Of a stretch of DNA of 64,000 bases, positions 25,797 to 37,551 are shown one piece after another. Source of the stretch: Mustelus asterias (Eukaryota); the NCBI RefSeq assembly GCF_964213995.1, contig NC_135807.1, positions 121,830,001 to 121,894,000 on the forward strand. The letters run 5' to 3'. Position numbers and translations under genes: made by a program. Positions within the stretch are counted from its first letter, which is position 1; every line of letters begins with the position of its first letter. Under the pieces are notes generated by a model. The model did not search any database, had not been told where the DNA came from, and worked only from the letters and a program-made list of their open reading frames with translations.

Positions 25797-26344
25797 TTAT
25801 GTAGGTTGGAAGATGGGAGATTGGTCAGGGGAGTGTTCTACAGGCATAGATGAGAGTTTCAACTGAGACGAGCAGAGGCAGGATGAAGTTGGATGATGTT
25901 ATGGAGTTTGAAGTGGGCAGTTTTGGAAGTGACGGAAACGTAGCAAGGAAGCTCCTCTGGGAATGGGGTCAACCACGACACCAAGGTTGTGAACGAGTCT
26001 TATTCGCCAGGGAGGGGGATGGATTTGGTGGTTTGAGGGAACGGAGTTTGTTTGGGCGGGTGGAGGGGGGTGAACTGAAGGCAAAAAGATATTGGGAAGA
26101 CCGAAGCCTGATCGAGGGGAAGTTCCTACTGTGGAGTGAGAAGAGATAATCACTAAAATGTTAAAATAAACAAAACATTGTGGATGCTGGAATCTGAAAC
26201 AAGAACCGGGGGGGGGGGGGGGGATACTCAGCAGGTCTAGCAGGGAGAGAAAGCTGAGTTAACATTTCCAGCCCATTTGGCTCTGTATCAGAGCTCCAGA
26301 CATGAATCCCCCTGGTGGGACATGCAGCTGGAGAGTTCGAATGG

Positions 26345-26413
26345 GAGGTTCGAATTTCCCGCCCAGTGACGCGCTGAGGTTCGAATTTCCCGCCCAGTGA
26401 CGCGCTGAGGTTC
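26345..26413 (+). repeat. 31-bp tandem repeat (2.2 copies)
   Basis: GAGGTTCGAATTTCCCGCCCAGTGACGCGCT twice, then GAGGTTC. Confidence 0.95.
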
Positions 26414-26640
26414 TACCCGCTTCCGGCCGCTTGGGCTGCTGGGAGAAGAGGGAGGTGGACTCAGGAGTTTGCGGCTCGGGAGTTGTGATTGTGTGAACAA
26501 CAAGCAGGTAGAGAGCGGCGCCTGTGACTGGACTGCCTGAGCTGGCCTGGCGTCCGTGTGAGAGCAAAAAGTTGATCTTTGTAAATCAAACAGTGAACTA
26601 TATTGTTCCGGCCAGCCTCCGCCAGGCCGCCGCTTTGGCC

Positions 26641-26654
26641 GTTTCCATGGAAAC
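26641..26654. promoter_or_regulatory. RFX X-box
   Basis: Perfect palindrome GTTTCCATGGAAAC matching the RFX consensus. Confidence 0.8.
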
Positions 26655-28699
26655 GCGCGTCGCGCTGAGAAAGGCTTTCTCTTGTGTTTGTTTTTTTCCC
26701 CAAAACGAAAACCTGTCGCCTGACCTTTTGTGAAGCAGACGTCAAATCCAGAAATACCGTCGGTAACTTTACCCGTGAGAGTGTGACAAAGAAGTCGAGT
26801 TGGAGGCACTTTTCCAAATTATTGTTTACAAAATGGCAGCGAAGCAACACATTCCCTACACGTAACATCCCGCTCTCAGTGCTGGGCTCTCAAACTCCAG
26901 TGCACACTGATTTCTTGCAAATTTCCCACAGTGAAATCTAGGTCTGAGTTATATTTGTTTGCACCTCATCTATACTGTTTAAGCATCAGCACCCCCACTT
27001 TTTAAAGTTATGCTAAATTCTCCCTCAGTGTACCCGAACAGGTGCCAGAGTGTGGCCACCAGGGGATTTTCACAATAACTTAATTGCAACGTTAAAGTAA
27101 GCCTACTTGTGACACTAATAAATAAGCTAAAATTAACGGAAAAACAGGAGGAGTGGATAGGTAGGCAGCCTCTCCATTGTGCAGGGGGACATCAGTTGCA
27201 TACACCTGGTTTTGCGGGCTCCACATCTCAATGGGAACATATACTGGAATCGCAAATGTTCCCACTCATTAAACATACAGTTGACGTGTGAGCGCACACA
27301 GGCAGGTAAGCTGATGAATTCCCACTATCCTGGCAGCATCTCGGTGCTTTCATCCTGCACTAGTCCACCATTCCTGCTACCACTGAGCTAGCATGAGGTT
27401 GTTGCTGCATCCCTATTGTGTACCACTTTATCCTACGAGAGTGAGTTAATTGTGTCCGTGAGAGTGCTGTGATGTGGTTGAATAGCTGGCAATGTACCAA
27501 AATGTGAGATGGAATTTGCTGGTAGGTGAATGAAGCAGTTTGGTGAATGGCGCAGTGTGAGGCTAATGATGTAGAATATGCCATGTAAAGATGCTCTAAC
27601 TGACCATGACCACTTGTATGAGGCCATGAAAACATTTTTTATGCCACACTCTTGTCATTTGACCTCTGCTATCATTTCTTAATGCCTATTTCCTAGGTAC
27701 CAGCTGTAAAAAAAGCCTCCAGGGCTGCATTGGAGACACTTGATGCACTCTTTTGTCTGTTGTGTAATTTGTCAAGCATCCCTGGTCTTCAACGCATGCA
27801 CAATCACTTCTAATATCTGCTGCATCAAGACTTCATCTTCCCTTTAAGACATGCAAGGTAATTTTAAGAAATTTAGGATGACTTGCTAAGCATGCAACCA
27901 GTCAGCAATATATCCAGTGCTAGACTGCACATCACAATCATGGAGATGATCAGACAGCGTTACAGCCACCATTAGGGCCCAGAATCACCAAACATATCCT
28001 ATTTAAAGATCAAAGAGAACCTTGTTCAGAGCAATGCCATTGTAAATTCTCACAGAATGTGGCGGCTGGGGTGCAATAATGGATTGGCAGCCAGTAAGTC
28101 ATTTTGGAATTGTGCCCCGACAACAAACTTTTCTCTTGGGTTGCCGGCTGCAATTCCTTGGAAACAGTCAATTCTGGGAGACTCATGATCAAACATGTGA
28201 TTTAATAATCCTAAGTAAGTCTTTGAGATTTAACATTTTAAGAATGGGAAGAATGCCAATCCCAGCTCATTCCAACTGCAGCCATCCAGTGTGGATGAAC
28301 TTGGAGTTATTTACAAGGATCTGTATAGGAACAAAAGTAGGCCATTCAGCCCCTTGACTCTGCTCAACTAACAACTCGATTTACCCAATGTTGTTCTATG
28401 TTCTTTGCTATCTTTATCCAACAAGACTGGAGTGGCACAGCATTCGCAGTATTTTTTGGGAGAGTGTTCCAGATTTTGTTCGGTGAAAAAGTGCTCACTG
28501 ATTTTACTCCTAAATGGCATAGCGCTAATTTTAAGATATGTCTTCTGGTAATATAAGTGTGGGAGGTGCTGCGTTTCGTGAGCCGTGGCGCTGCTCATCT
28601 TTTAATCTGTTTTTTATCCTGAGATGCACAACCCATAATTATCCAATCCTTATGTATATAACCTGTGCCGTGATCTTGCAAGATCCTGGTTAAAGTTTG

Positions 28700-29150
28700 G
28701 AAAGGGGTGCCAAGTTAAGTCAAGAAAATCCTTGTATGATCGAGATGGTCGGACACTGTCGGGGTGAGATTCAGTTCACGGTGACGGTTTCACTGGGGAG
28801 CGGGCCTACACTTCGGTGATGCTACTTGCTTCAAGGTGATGACCACCATTATGAGTGAAGGTTTGGACGGTCTCAGCTTCCCAACACAGATTTTTGGTGC
28901 TCAAATTGATGAACTGCGAGATATCCTAAAGAGAGTGGATGAAGCAGAGAAGAGAATCCTGTCAATTTACAGGGCAGTTTCCTTGGTAAAGGCTCACCTT
29001 CAGTTCTTGGAAATTCTGCATGGTGTGTCGTATATCCTGGCTCACTCAGGAGATGGGGCTGGAGAAGGAGTATCCATGCGCCTGGTCTCCCAAGGAGTAC
29101 TGGGATGAATTCCTGGCCCAAATTGAGAATCGGTTGCAATGCTTTCACGA
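28700..29150 (+). mobile_element. Possible decayed L1/Tx1 ORF1 remnant
   Basis: Coiled-coil-like IDELRDILKRVDEAEKRILSI. Confidence 0.35.
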
Positions 29151-30333
29151 TCTCAATTTGAGGACTAGGTGTCTCACCTTCAATGAAGCACGTTGTATCC
29201 AGTCTTTGAGGCTTGGGGGTCAGTCAAAGACTCCAGCCACTGATCTTGCTTTGATTTGTCCTCGGTGTTTGTCAAGAAGGTTTAGAGGCGGCTGGATGTG
29301 TCGGGATCTTGCCACCTGCCGGGACCTAGGCTTTTCTTGCCAGAGTTTTGGGATGATTACATGGCGGAGGTGCAGAGGCTATAGTGAAGCTCTGGATGGA
29401 TCCTGGATGTTGCTCAATGATCCTGTCATGGCTTTGGCCTTTTCAGGCTCCTTGGGTGGTTATATTATCCTCCAGTTCATCATTAATCCTGAACTTTGTT
29501 CTCTTGCGATTATAATCCTGATTTTGTGATTCTCTTTTATCCTGACGAGGGTGTATGATATATGAGCACAGAGGCATTTATTGCCTGTTATATTGCGAAA
29601 ATCCGGATTGTCTATATTGCTTTTTTTTATGTTGTTCATCGGCGTACTCAGATGGTGGAGCAAAGGAGGCGTGGTTTAATTATTTGTGGGTCTCCTGCTT
29701 CCCAGTGGGGAGTACACTGAGTTGGTTGTATGATATGAGGTTGTGCAGTAGTAACCTGGTTTGTTTTTTCTTTTTATGTGCTGTAATCCTTGCATTTACA
29801 CTGAGGGAATATGACTTTTAGTACACTTCACTTTACTTTTTAAGGAAAATGAGTAGTGCCACAGCAGGGTGGGTGTTCTAGAATGGTCTCTTTAGATCAA
29901 GGCTAGAAACGATAACTTAATTTTGGGCATATTTTGTGGGACTGGTTATAATACTTTTACTGCTGTATGGTTCATGGCTTGTAAATGTTTTATTTTACCC
30001 GTTATCAGTAATAATTTTACCAAACTTAGGTTAGTAAATTCTAAAAGTCAGTGAAGCTTGCTAAAATAAGAATATTATTATAATACTGTACAAAATATTT
30101 AGTATTTTGTTATTCGAAGAAGTTTCCACAATTAGTACTTTAAATTTAAGGGTTTCAAAGTATTTGAAATAGTCTCACAAGGAATATATTATGGTTGCAT
30201 ACCTGATTATGCAGGTTAGATGCCCATAGACAGTTGTTCTTTAGCTGCAATGTTCAAAACAGGGCCTGTAATCCAGATCTGGCCTACAATGTTCAGCTAT
30301 CCAGCCCATGTATTTGAAAGTGTTCACTGTTCC

Positions 30334-30687
30334 CTATTATCAATGAATTTCCAGACTGAACTCTTCCCCTAATTTCTTGCTGTTTTCCTTACCATTGCTG
30401 AATTCTACTTGCTCTTTCGAGTTTCCCTTGGTATCACTGCTGATTTTGACTGGCTCCTTACCATTTAGTACCACTGCTGATTTCTACTTGCTCTTTATGG
30501 TTTCCTTTGGTGCCGCTGCTAATCTTTACTGGTTCCTTAACATTTCCCTTAGTACCACTGCTGATTCATATCTCTCCTGCTACTCTACCTAAGTGCTCAA
30601 CAACATGATTGCACACTATGGCAAGAATTCTCATATTATCATGAATTCTTAACCATAATGCGTCCATCATTGTAGGAACAGCGCCAT
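30334..30687 (-). pseudogene. Antisense coding-like exon with 14-aa repeats (disrupted)
   Basis: Acceptor ttttctaccttcag| at 30687, 39 open codons, TGA, then (ISSGTKGNxKExVx) x4 with synonymous variation and one frameshift, ending TGA TAA TAG. Confidence 0.45.
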
Positions 30688-31147
30688 CTGAAGGTAGAAA
30701 ATATTTGAGAGAGGAGTAATTGGGAATGTCACTGAGAATAGGAGAGTTCGAGTGTAAAATTGAAGGGGAAGAAGAGATAACTGTCGCATGAAATTGGAAT
30801 CCTCAAGTTTCAAAAGGATATATAACCTTTGATCATCCAGAGCAGTTTCCTATCATTAATATATAGGTTTTAAATTGAACAAGTGCTTCACAAGGAAAAA
30901 ATATTGATGCCCTGTTCTATAGGTTTAGCAGTTAAAAAATGAATCTCAGACTCAACTTGAGTGCTATGCTGAAGTATTTTATGTATGTTGCCCTTCTCAT
31001 TTAGTTTCAGCAAACCATATGTTCACTTTTTTGTAACCTCAGATGTACTTGCATAAGATAGACCTTGAATAAATTGCACAAAAATAAAATTTTGTGCTCA
31101 TAGGGCAACAAAAGATTGATAAATAATTTTCTAGTATTCCTTCCAGC

Positions 31148-31287
31148 ATGAGCACAGCACATACTTGTTCACTGATGAACCAGGGAACCACGAAGACATA
31201 CAATCTTCCAATTGAACACCTGGACTATAGCTTTGTGGAAAAATGCACCGATGTGAAGTATCTGGAAAAAGTTTTGATTGTGCTAAG
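31148..31287 (+). CDS. SPAG1: Sperm-associated antigen 1 (TPR co-chaperone, dynein assembly), coding exon 1
   Basis: MSTAHTCSLMNQGTTKTYNLPIEHLDYSFVEKCTDVKYLEKVLIVLR resembles the human SPAG1 N-terminus; donor AG|GTACGT. Confidence 0.95.
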
Positions 31288-32517
31288 GTACGTACACATA
31301 TCTCACTTCTGCAACATTCTCTGTCTTGATGTGCAATGTTGTCAGTGACATTCATTGGCATTTCCTAATCTGGAAGGATTTTCTGCAAATTTAGTCAAGT
31401 ATTTTGTACAAAACCAAAGAGAATCTTTTTCTAAAACAATGGTGTATTGTGATCACAGTTTTCAGAAATTTAACTGAAGCTGCTGCAATGTGAAACTACT
31501 AAGTTTTCTTGGCTTCAAAAAAAATTGAATGTACCATGCAATATGATGCTAAATCTAATCAAAGCTTTGTGTATTGAAAATATTGAATGTTTTCAACTAT
31601 TGTCTAGTGCATCCGAATTGTAAATCAATGAACCTATGGCATTTGGGAACAACAGACACAAAATGCTGTTTTCTTTAAGAAGAAAAATTGACACTCTGAT
31701 CTAGGCTGGCCATGAAAAGTACCAGTGACTCTTTAATGTTCAAGTAGTATCAATATCTAGCATTCTTCTGCAACTAGAGCATGTTTGCACCCAAAACATT
31801 AGGTTAATTATTTATCATTGCATGTAGCACTTGTATAATGAACATAATTTGGAGGAAGTTATGAGTATTTAAGACTTGAATATTAGAATGATGGAGTTTT
31901 TGGATGAGCATGGTTAGAAAGTAAGATTTTAATTTTAGTTTTAAAGGATTTTACTTTTATGAATTATGTGACAACTTGATATCATGATGTGCAGAGTACT
32001 GAAAGAAAAAATGCAACTCAGTAGTCCAAGTCCAGTCAGGCTCCTATTTTTGAGGGAAGTAGTTGTAAACATAATTCTGTTTTTTTATACTTGTAATATA
32101 ATAGTACCTTTGCAATTTTCACAATTGTTTACTGAATTCTACTTGCTGTTTAGAGTTTCCCTTGGTGCCGCTGCTAATTTTTACTGGTTCCTTAACATTT
32201 CCCTTAGTACCACTGCTGATTCATATCTCTCCTGCTATTTTATTTTATTTAGGCTTGCATGGAAGAAGTAATCTTACTTTCCTTATTTTGTTGCGTATCA
32301 AGAAGGTTTGATTATATAAGATTATAGAATTTGTTAGGAAATAGTGTTAAATTGCTTGGCATTTAGAAGACCATGTCATCACGGACCATTTTTTAAATTC
32401 TAGAGACAATCAGTGATTTGTTTTTGTCTTTGTCTCTCAAGTGCTAACATGATTTGAAGCCATCAGTTTCTGTTCAGGCCATCATTGTTATTACTATCTT
32501 TATGTACAATATTCAAG

Positions 32518-32677
32518 GTCTGGCGAAGAGGGATTGTATCCTGATCTTATTTCATTTTGTGAGAAGAGGATTGAAAAACTGGATCCTAAAAATCGTATCC
32601 TTCGAACAAACAATCCACCAGCAACTGCTGCTAACTTCACTAAAGAAGAGTGGCAAGAAATTACCAGCGATATGAAG
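32518..32677 (+). CDS. SPAG1: SPAG1 coding exon 2
   Basis: SGEEGLYPDLISFCEKRIEKLDPKNRILRTNNPPATAANFTKEEWQEITSDMK; AG/GT boundaries, phase consistent. Confidence 0.95.
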
Positions 32678-33204
32678 GTATACACTGTCTAAATGAGTAA
32701 TAACAGAATATTTCATAGAAGATGGGTGTGCAACTAAAAATAGTCACCAGAATTTAACAGAAGTTGTTTACTATGTTTGCTTTGCTGACGATAGAGGCAG
32801 TTGCTTATTGTGCTTGCTTTCCAAAGAACCATTTTCTCTCCTTGTTTAAAACTCATGTTTAGTGTGATCCCTCCTTACACCTCAGAAATGTGGAATTCCT
32901 TGCTAGCTTCCAACCCTTACAATCTTCGGGCTTTATTTCGCCTAATCACTCCTGATTTACTTTATCTTCTGCTCTACTCTTTTCAAAGTTAATGATGTCC
33001 TGTACTGTGGAGCAGGTTCCTTTATCAACAAAATGTTTTTGGAACGATTTAGTGGTGTATACTGTCACCGCACTTTATACCTGTGGATTTATTTATACAT
33101 GGAAGACAAAATCAAGATACTTCTGTTGTAGGCAACTTCTTAAAATTCAGGTATAAATACCTAAACTTGTGATTCACAATGAACTTGCTGGTTACTTAAA
33201 ACCT

Positions 33205-33305
33205 CCTCCTGAAGAAGAGTCATACGGACTCGGAACGTTAACTCTGTTTCTCTCTCCACGAATGCTGCCAGAACTGGAGGTTTTCTAGCATTTTCTACCT
33301 TGATA
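33205..33305 (+). mobile_element. Penelope pLTR fragment with mutated hammerhead
   Basis: CUGAAGA-A-GAGUC AUACG GACUC-GGAA-CGUU (GAAA changed to GGAA), followed by ctctctccac..gctgccaga. Confidence 0.65.
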
Positions 33306-33499
33306 CAAAGTAACAATAAATTATTCGTGTCGTTTGAGATGATTATACTTGAGTTTCCGGTGTACTATATTGAATTTATGTGAATTGGCACTCATGATGA
33401 GCAAATATATTTCACAATGTCGTATCTACTGTTATTTTATGTCCTTATATAATTATTTATTAGGACTTCTAGAAGCATAGTTGCCACAGGGTAAGTTTT

Positions 33500-33772
33500 T
33501 TTTATTAGTCACAAGTAAGGCACATTAACACTGCAATGAAGTTACCATGAAATTCCCCTAGTCGCCACACTCTGGTGCCTGTTTGGGTTAATGCACCTAA
33601 CCAACATGTCTTTCAGATTGTGGGAGGAAACCGGAGCACCCGGAGGAAACCCACGCAGACACGGGGAGAACGTGCAGACTCCATACAGACAGTGACCCAA
33701 ACCGGGAATCGAACCTGGATCCCTGGCCCTGTGAGTCAGCAGTGCTAACCACTGTGTCACCGTGCCGCCCCA
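33500..33772 (-). mobile_element. V-SINE with Rex1-like tail
   Basis: tRNA head, V-domain, and tail tacttgtgactaataaa. Confidence 0.85.
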
Positions 33773-34350
33773 TGGACAACTGAATAAAATATCTGTGAAT
33801 CTAATATAGTAAATCTAATCTACGGCCCTTTGCAGCTTTGACATTCTTTCTGAAGTCAGATCCCCAAATCTGTGCACCGTATTCTGATTGGCTGCCTATA
33901 CTTCTTATGATAAGATTAACAAAATCTGATTGAAAAATCTGATTAAAATTGTCATGTATGCTGAACTTTGAAAGTTGGTTATGTTTTGAAATGTACCTTT
34001 TACTCAAAGTATAGTAGAGGATTCTGGAAATACCTCTGCCTGGAGATATGCCCATATGACCCAGGTGTCATTGGGAGAGAAACTCAAACAAAAACCCAAT
34101 GAGGTGTGGTGTGCCGCTTTTAACACTTTTTCACAGTATCCCACAGCAAAAGGACAGCTGCAGAGACAAAGAAGCTTCAGCTATGGGGAAGCAGATGTAA
34201 TGTTTTGTGCTACTGACCAAGAGGTTTCTGTTCAAAAGAAAGGGAACAGAACAAATAGATCTCTTGAAGTTCTAAGGAACCAGGTCACCTAAGTGTGCCT
34301 TGCTGGTGATCATTATATCCACAAAGATTTTACTTGATTAGAATGATTAC

Positions 34351-34641
34351 GGGCGGCACAGTGGTTAGCACCACTGCCTCACAGAGCCAGGGACCCGGAT
34401 TCAATTCCAGCCTTGGGTGACTGTTTGTGTGGAGTCTGCACATTCTCCCCGTGCCTGCGCGGGTTTCCTCCGGGTGCTCAGGTTTCCTCCCACAGTCCGA
34501 AAGATATGCTGCGTAGCTGTATTGGCCATGCTAAATTCTCCCTCTGTGTACTCGAACAGGTGCCAGATTGTGATGACTAGGGGATTTTCACAGTAACTTC
34601 ATTGCAGTCTTAATGTAAGCCTACTTGTGACACTAATAAAT
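34351..34641 (+). mobile_element. V-SINE with Rex1-like tail
   Basis: GGGCGGCACAGTGGTTAGCA head, V-domain, and tail tacttgtgacactaataaat. Confidence 0.85.
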
Positions 34642-36279
34642 ACTTTATAAGCTTTAAAAACTGATTGTTGAAGGACACTGGAAAATGTAATTGAAGCAAA
34701 AGTCTAAAAGTCTAAATTGCTGTATTTCAGTAAATCAGTAATTGCGTGTCTTTAGGATCGCCAATTCTGGTCGGACATATTCAAGGAGATGTTATCACAT
34801 AACCACCTACATTTGAATGTAACTCCCCCAGATTCCTGCCATTGGTCACCCAAGATATGCATCATCGCAGAGCCCTGCCTTCCCTAGGCTTTTCAATGTG
34901 TCCCTGGTTTTGACTTTTGAAATTTTAATCACACTGGTCCAGATTGTCAGCTGATATTTTGTGCTTATATCCCTGGAGTGGGACTAGAATCCACAATGTT
35001 CTGGCTGAGAGTTGGGAGTGCTACCTATGATCCATAGCTGATAGATTAACAATCTGAATTCTAAAAACAAAAAACATCCACCATTGTTTGGTGTGCTGAA
35101 GGAACTAACTTGATGAATCAAATGGTCAATCTGGAAATGCTTGGCTGTTCTGGTGGAATTTCTGGAGAGAGAAGGAGAATTAATGCTTTCATCATTGACC
35201 CGAAACATTGGCTGGGATTTTCAATTCAGGGTCAAGAAACCAACCACTGGTTCAGTGGTTGCTCCTAACTCTGCATGGTGTGTTACATAAAGTCCAGTTG
35301 CTAGTTAATCTCAGGGAGTGGACTCACTGTCCAATCTGTTCCTTCATCCTTTTGGCCATCCAGCACTCTGATTGGCAGCCACAACGGCTGAGGTGGAAGC
35401 TATTGATCTGCACGTAGAAAGAGGGAGGAGTGAAGATGAGTTTATTTTTATTTTTCAAAAAACCTTGGCCATGATCTTGGATGGGCAACCCCTCTACGGG
35501 TCTGCCAATGGCTGAAGTTATGTCTGGGAGGTGACGGAGATGCACCGGTTGTTTGTGTGTCTGATTGGAATTTCCAGTTTTAATTACCAAAAATGACTGC
35601 CCGATGCTGCCTGCAGTCAGCCAATCTGACCCTGAGCCGCCCTTGTTGAAGATGGCTTGGGTTTGGGGTCGTGGCAGGCACCAGGCGCAGTGGCCAGTGG
35701 TGTCAAGTTGTGGATTTGCCTACGTTTAAACTCAGCCCCAACCTTTTTAAGAGTCCCAACCATTAACTTTGTTTCTCTCTCCACAGATGCGGCCAGACCT
35801 GTTGAGTATTTCCATCTTTTTCTGTTTTTATTTCAACTTTCCAGAATCTGCAGTATTTTGCTTTTGCATAACTGTAAAACTCTGATATCTTTAGTTCATT
35901 TTACATTTTTTTTGTGGTTTGTTTCCTACTATTAATAAAATTTCTAAAATACCCTGGACATAACTCCTCTTGCTGCAATATGTTTATGAGTTTCCCAGTA
36001 GCATTATAATTAAAGTTTCCCTGGAGTCATGGTTTTTGGATATGTTTGTGAGTGTGATACTATTTGTGTCTGTTATGAATTTTGTTTCTGTCTTGTACTC
36101 TTAAACTATAATAAGGTAGAATAGTGTGGTTCATGTCATTGGAGCATCAACACACTACGCAACAAAATGATGTGTTTACAGCATGATTCTCCAAATAATG
36201 AGTTCAATACCTGTCTTGTAATCATGAAGAAACAAGATGCTTCCCTGAGGAAAGGAAGCAAGATTTCTGAAGGCGGAAA

Positions 36280-36945
36280 GACCGGTAAATAGGGTGGTGA
36301 AAAAGGCATATGGCACACTTGCCTTTATCAATCGGGGTATAGATTACAAAGCAGAGAGGTCATGATGGAGTTGTATAGAACTATGATGAGGCCAGAACTG
36401 GAGTACTGTGTGCAGTTCTGGTCGCCACATTATAGGAAGGACGTGAATGCCCTGGAGGGGGTGCAAAGGAGATTTACCCGGATGCTGCCTGGATAGAACA
36501 TTTAAGTTATGAAGAGAGGTTAGATAGGCTTGGGTTGTTTTCGTTGGAGCAGGGAAGACTGAGGGGGACCTGATTGAGGTGTTCAAGATTATGAGGGGCC
36601 TGGACAGGGTGGATCGGAAGCAGCTGTTCCCCTTAGTTGAAGGGTCAGTTACGAGGAGACACAAGTTAAAAGTGAGGGGTGGGAGGTTTAGGGAGGATTT
36701 GAGAAAAAAACATTTTTATTCAGAGGGTGGTGACGGTCTGGAATGCACTGCATGGGAGGCTGGTGGAGGCGGGTGCCTCACATCCTTTAAAAAGGACCTG
36801 GATGAGGACTTGGCACGCCATAACATTCAAGGCTATGGGCCAAGTGCTGGCAAGTGGGATTAGGTGGGCAGGCCAGGGCACTCCATGCGTCGGTGCAGAC
36901 CTGATGGGCTGAAGGGCCTCTTCTGCACACAGTTTTCTGTGATTC
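36280..36945 (+). mobile_element. CR1 LINE 3' fragment
   Basis: RPELEYCVQFWSP, FKIMRGLDRVD, QGYGPSAGKWD. Confidence 0.88.
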
Positions 36946-37425
36946 AAATTGTGGAATGTCATCCCAAGCTGCTCTTCAATTTCTTGGCTGACTGTAGGGC
37001 AGAATTGCAGAGATTTCAGAGAAAGGGTCCAGTCCATTATCTTGCGTAACTAAACTGTGTGGCAGAGGCAAACTCCAGAAAGGAATTGGAAAAATAATAG
37101 AATTCAGTGGGTAAAAATTGGTTATAGCTTTAATTTATTAATAACATTTATTAAACAAGGGTATCTTAAAAGTCAGAATATCAACAATGATGTTGCTTAT
37201 TTGAACATTAAATTATCTAATATGGTAAGTTATAGTTTCACTTACTTTGAAGTTTTTATCAGGATATATATCAGTATGTAATGTGAATATAAAGAACTGT
37301 ATGAAACTAAAGTATTCATTCATATTTAGGCATTTTGCTTTTTTTTTAAACAAAACTTTTCTGCATTCTTTCCCACTGTTGATTGATGCAAGATAATCTT
37401 TTTTTCTTATCCTTTCTTTGGCTAG

Positions 37426-37551
37426 AGTTGGACGGATGAAATGAAGCAAAAGGAAAATGAAGCAAAGTGGAGACTACCAGAAGTTGAATGTTTGAATTCA
37501 GAAAACCGAACACCTATTCGTAGGGTTAATGCGTCAGTTCTTTCTCATCAG
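37426..37551 (+). CDS. SPAG1: SPAG1 coding exon 3
   Basis: SWTDEMKQKENEAKWRLPEVECLNSENRTPIRRVNASVLSHQ; 126 nt; AG/GT. Confidence 0.92.

Larger units (their letters stand above)
26330..26700 (+). promoter_or_regulatory. SPAG1: SPAG1 CpG-island promoter; putative non-coding exon 1 ending 26507
   Basis: CpG-rich; duplicated E2F/CHR module; ETS-like CTTCCGG near 26420; donor CAG|GTAGAG; X-box at 26641-26654. Confidence 0.75.

Noticed and set aside
26345-26413. 31-bp repeat as a CRISPR array
   Set aside because: No spacers, about two copies, eukaryotic promoter context.
26259-26941. Several 100-173 aa ORFs
   Set aside because: GC-rich promoter with few stops; no recognisable protein.
27180-28000. 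Possible Harbinger Myb/SANT remnant (SNAALEAF on the minus strand)
   Set aside because: Too degenerate to support without a database search.
30377-30592. Plus-strand hydrophobic ORFs over the 42-bp repeat (also 31984-32271)
   Set aside because: Repeat differences are non-synonymous on the + strand but synonymous on the - strand, so the minus frame is the better candidate.
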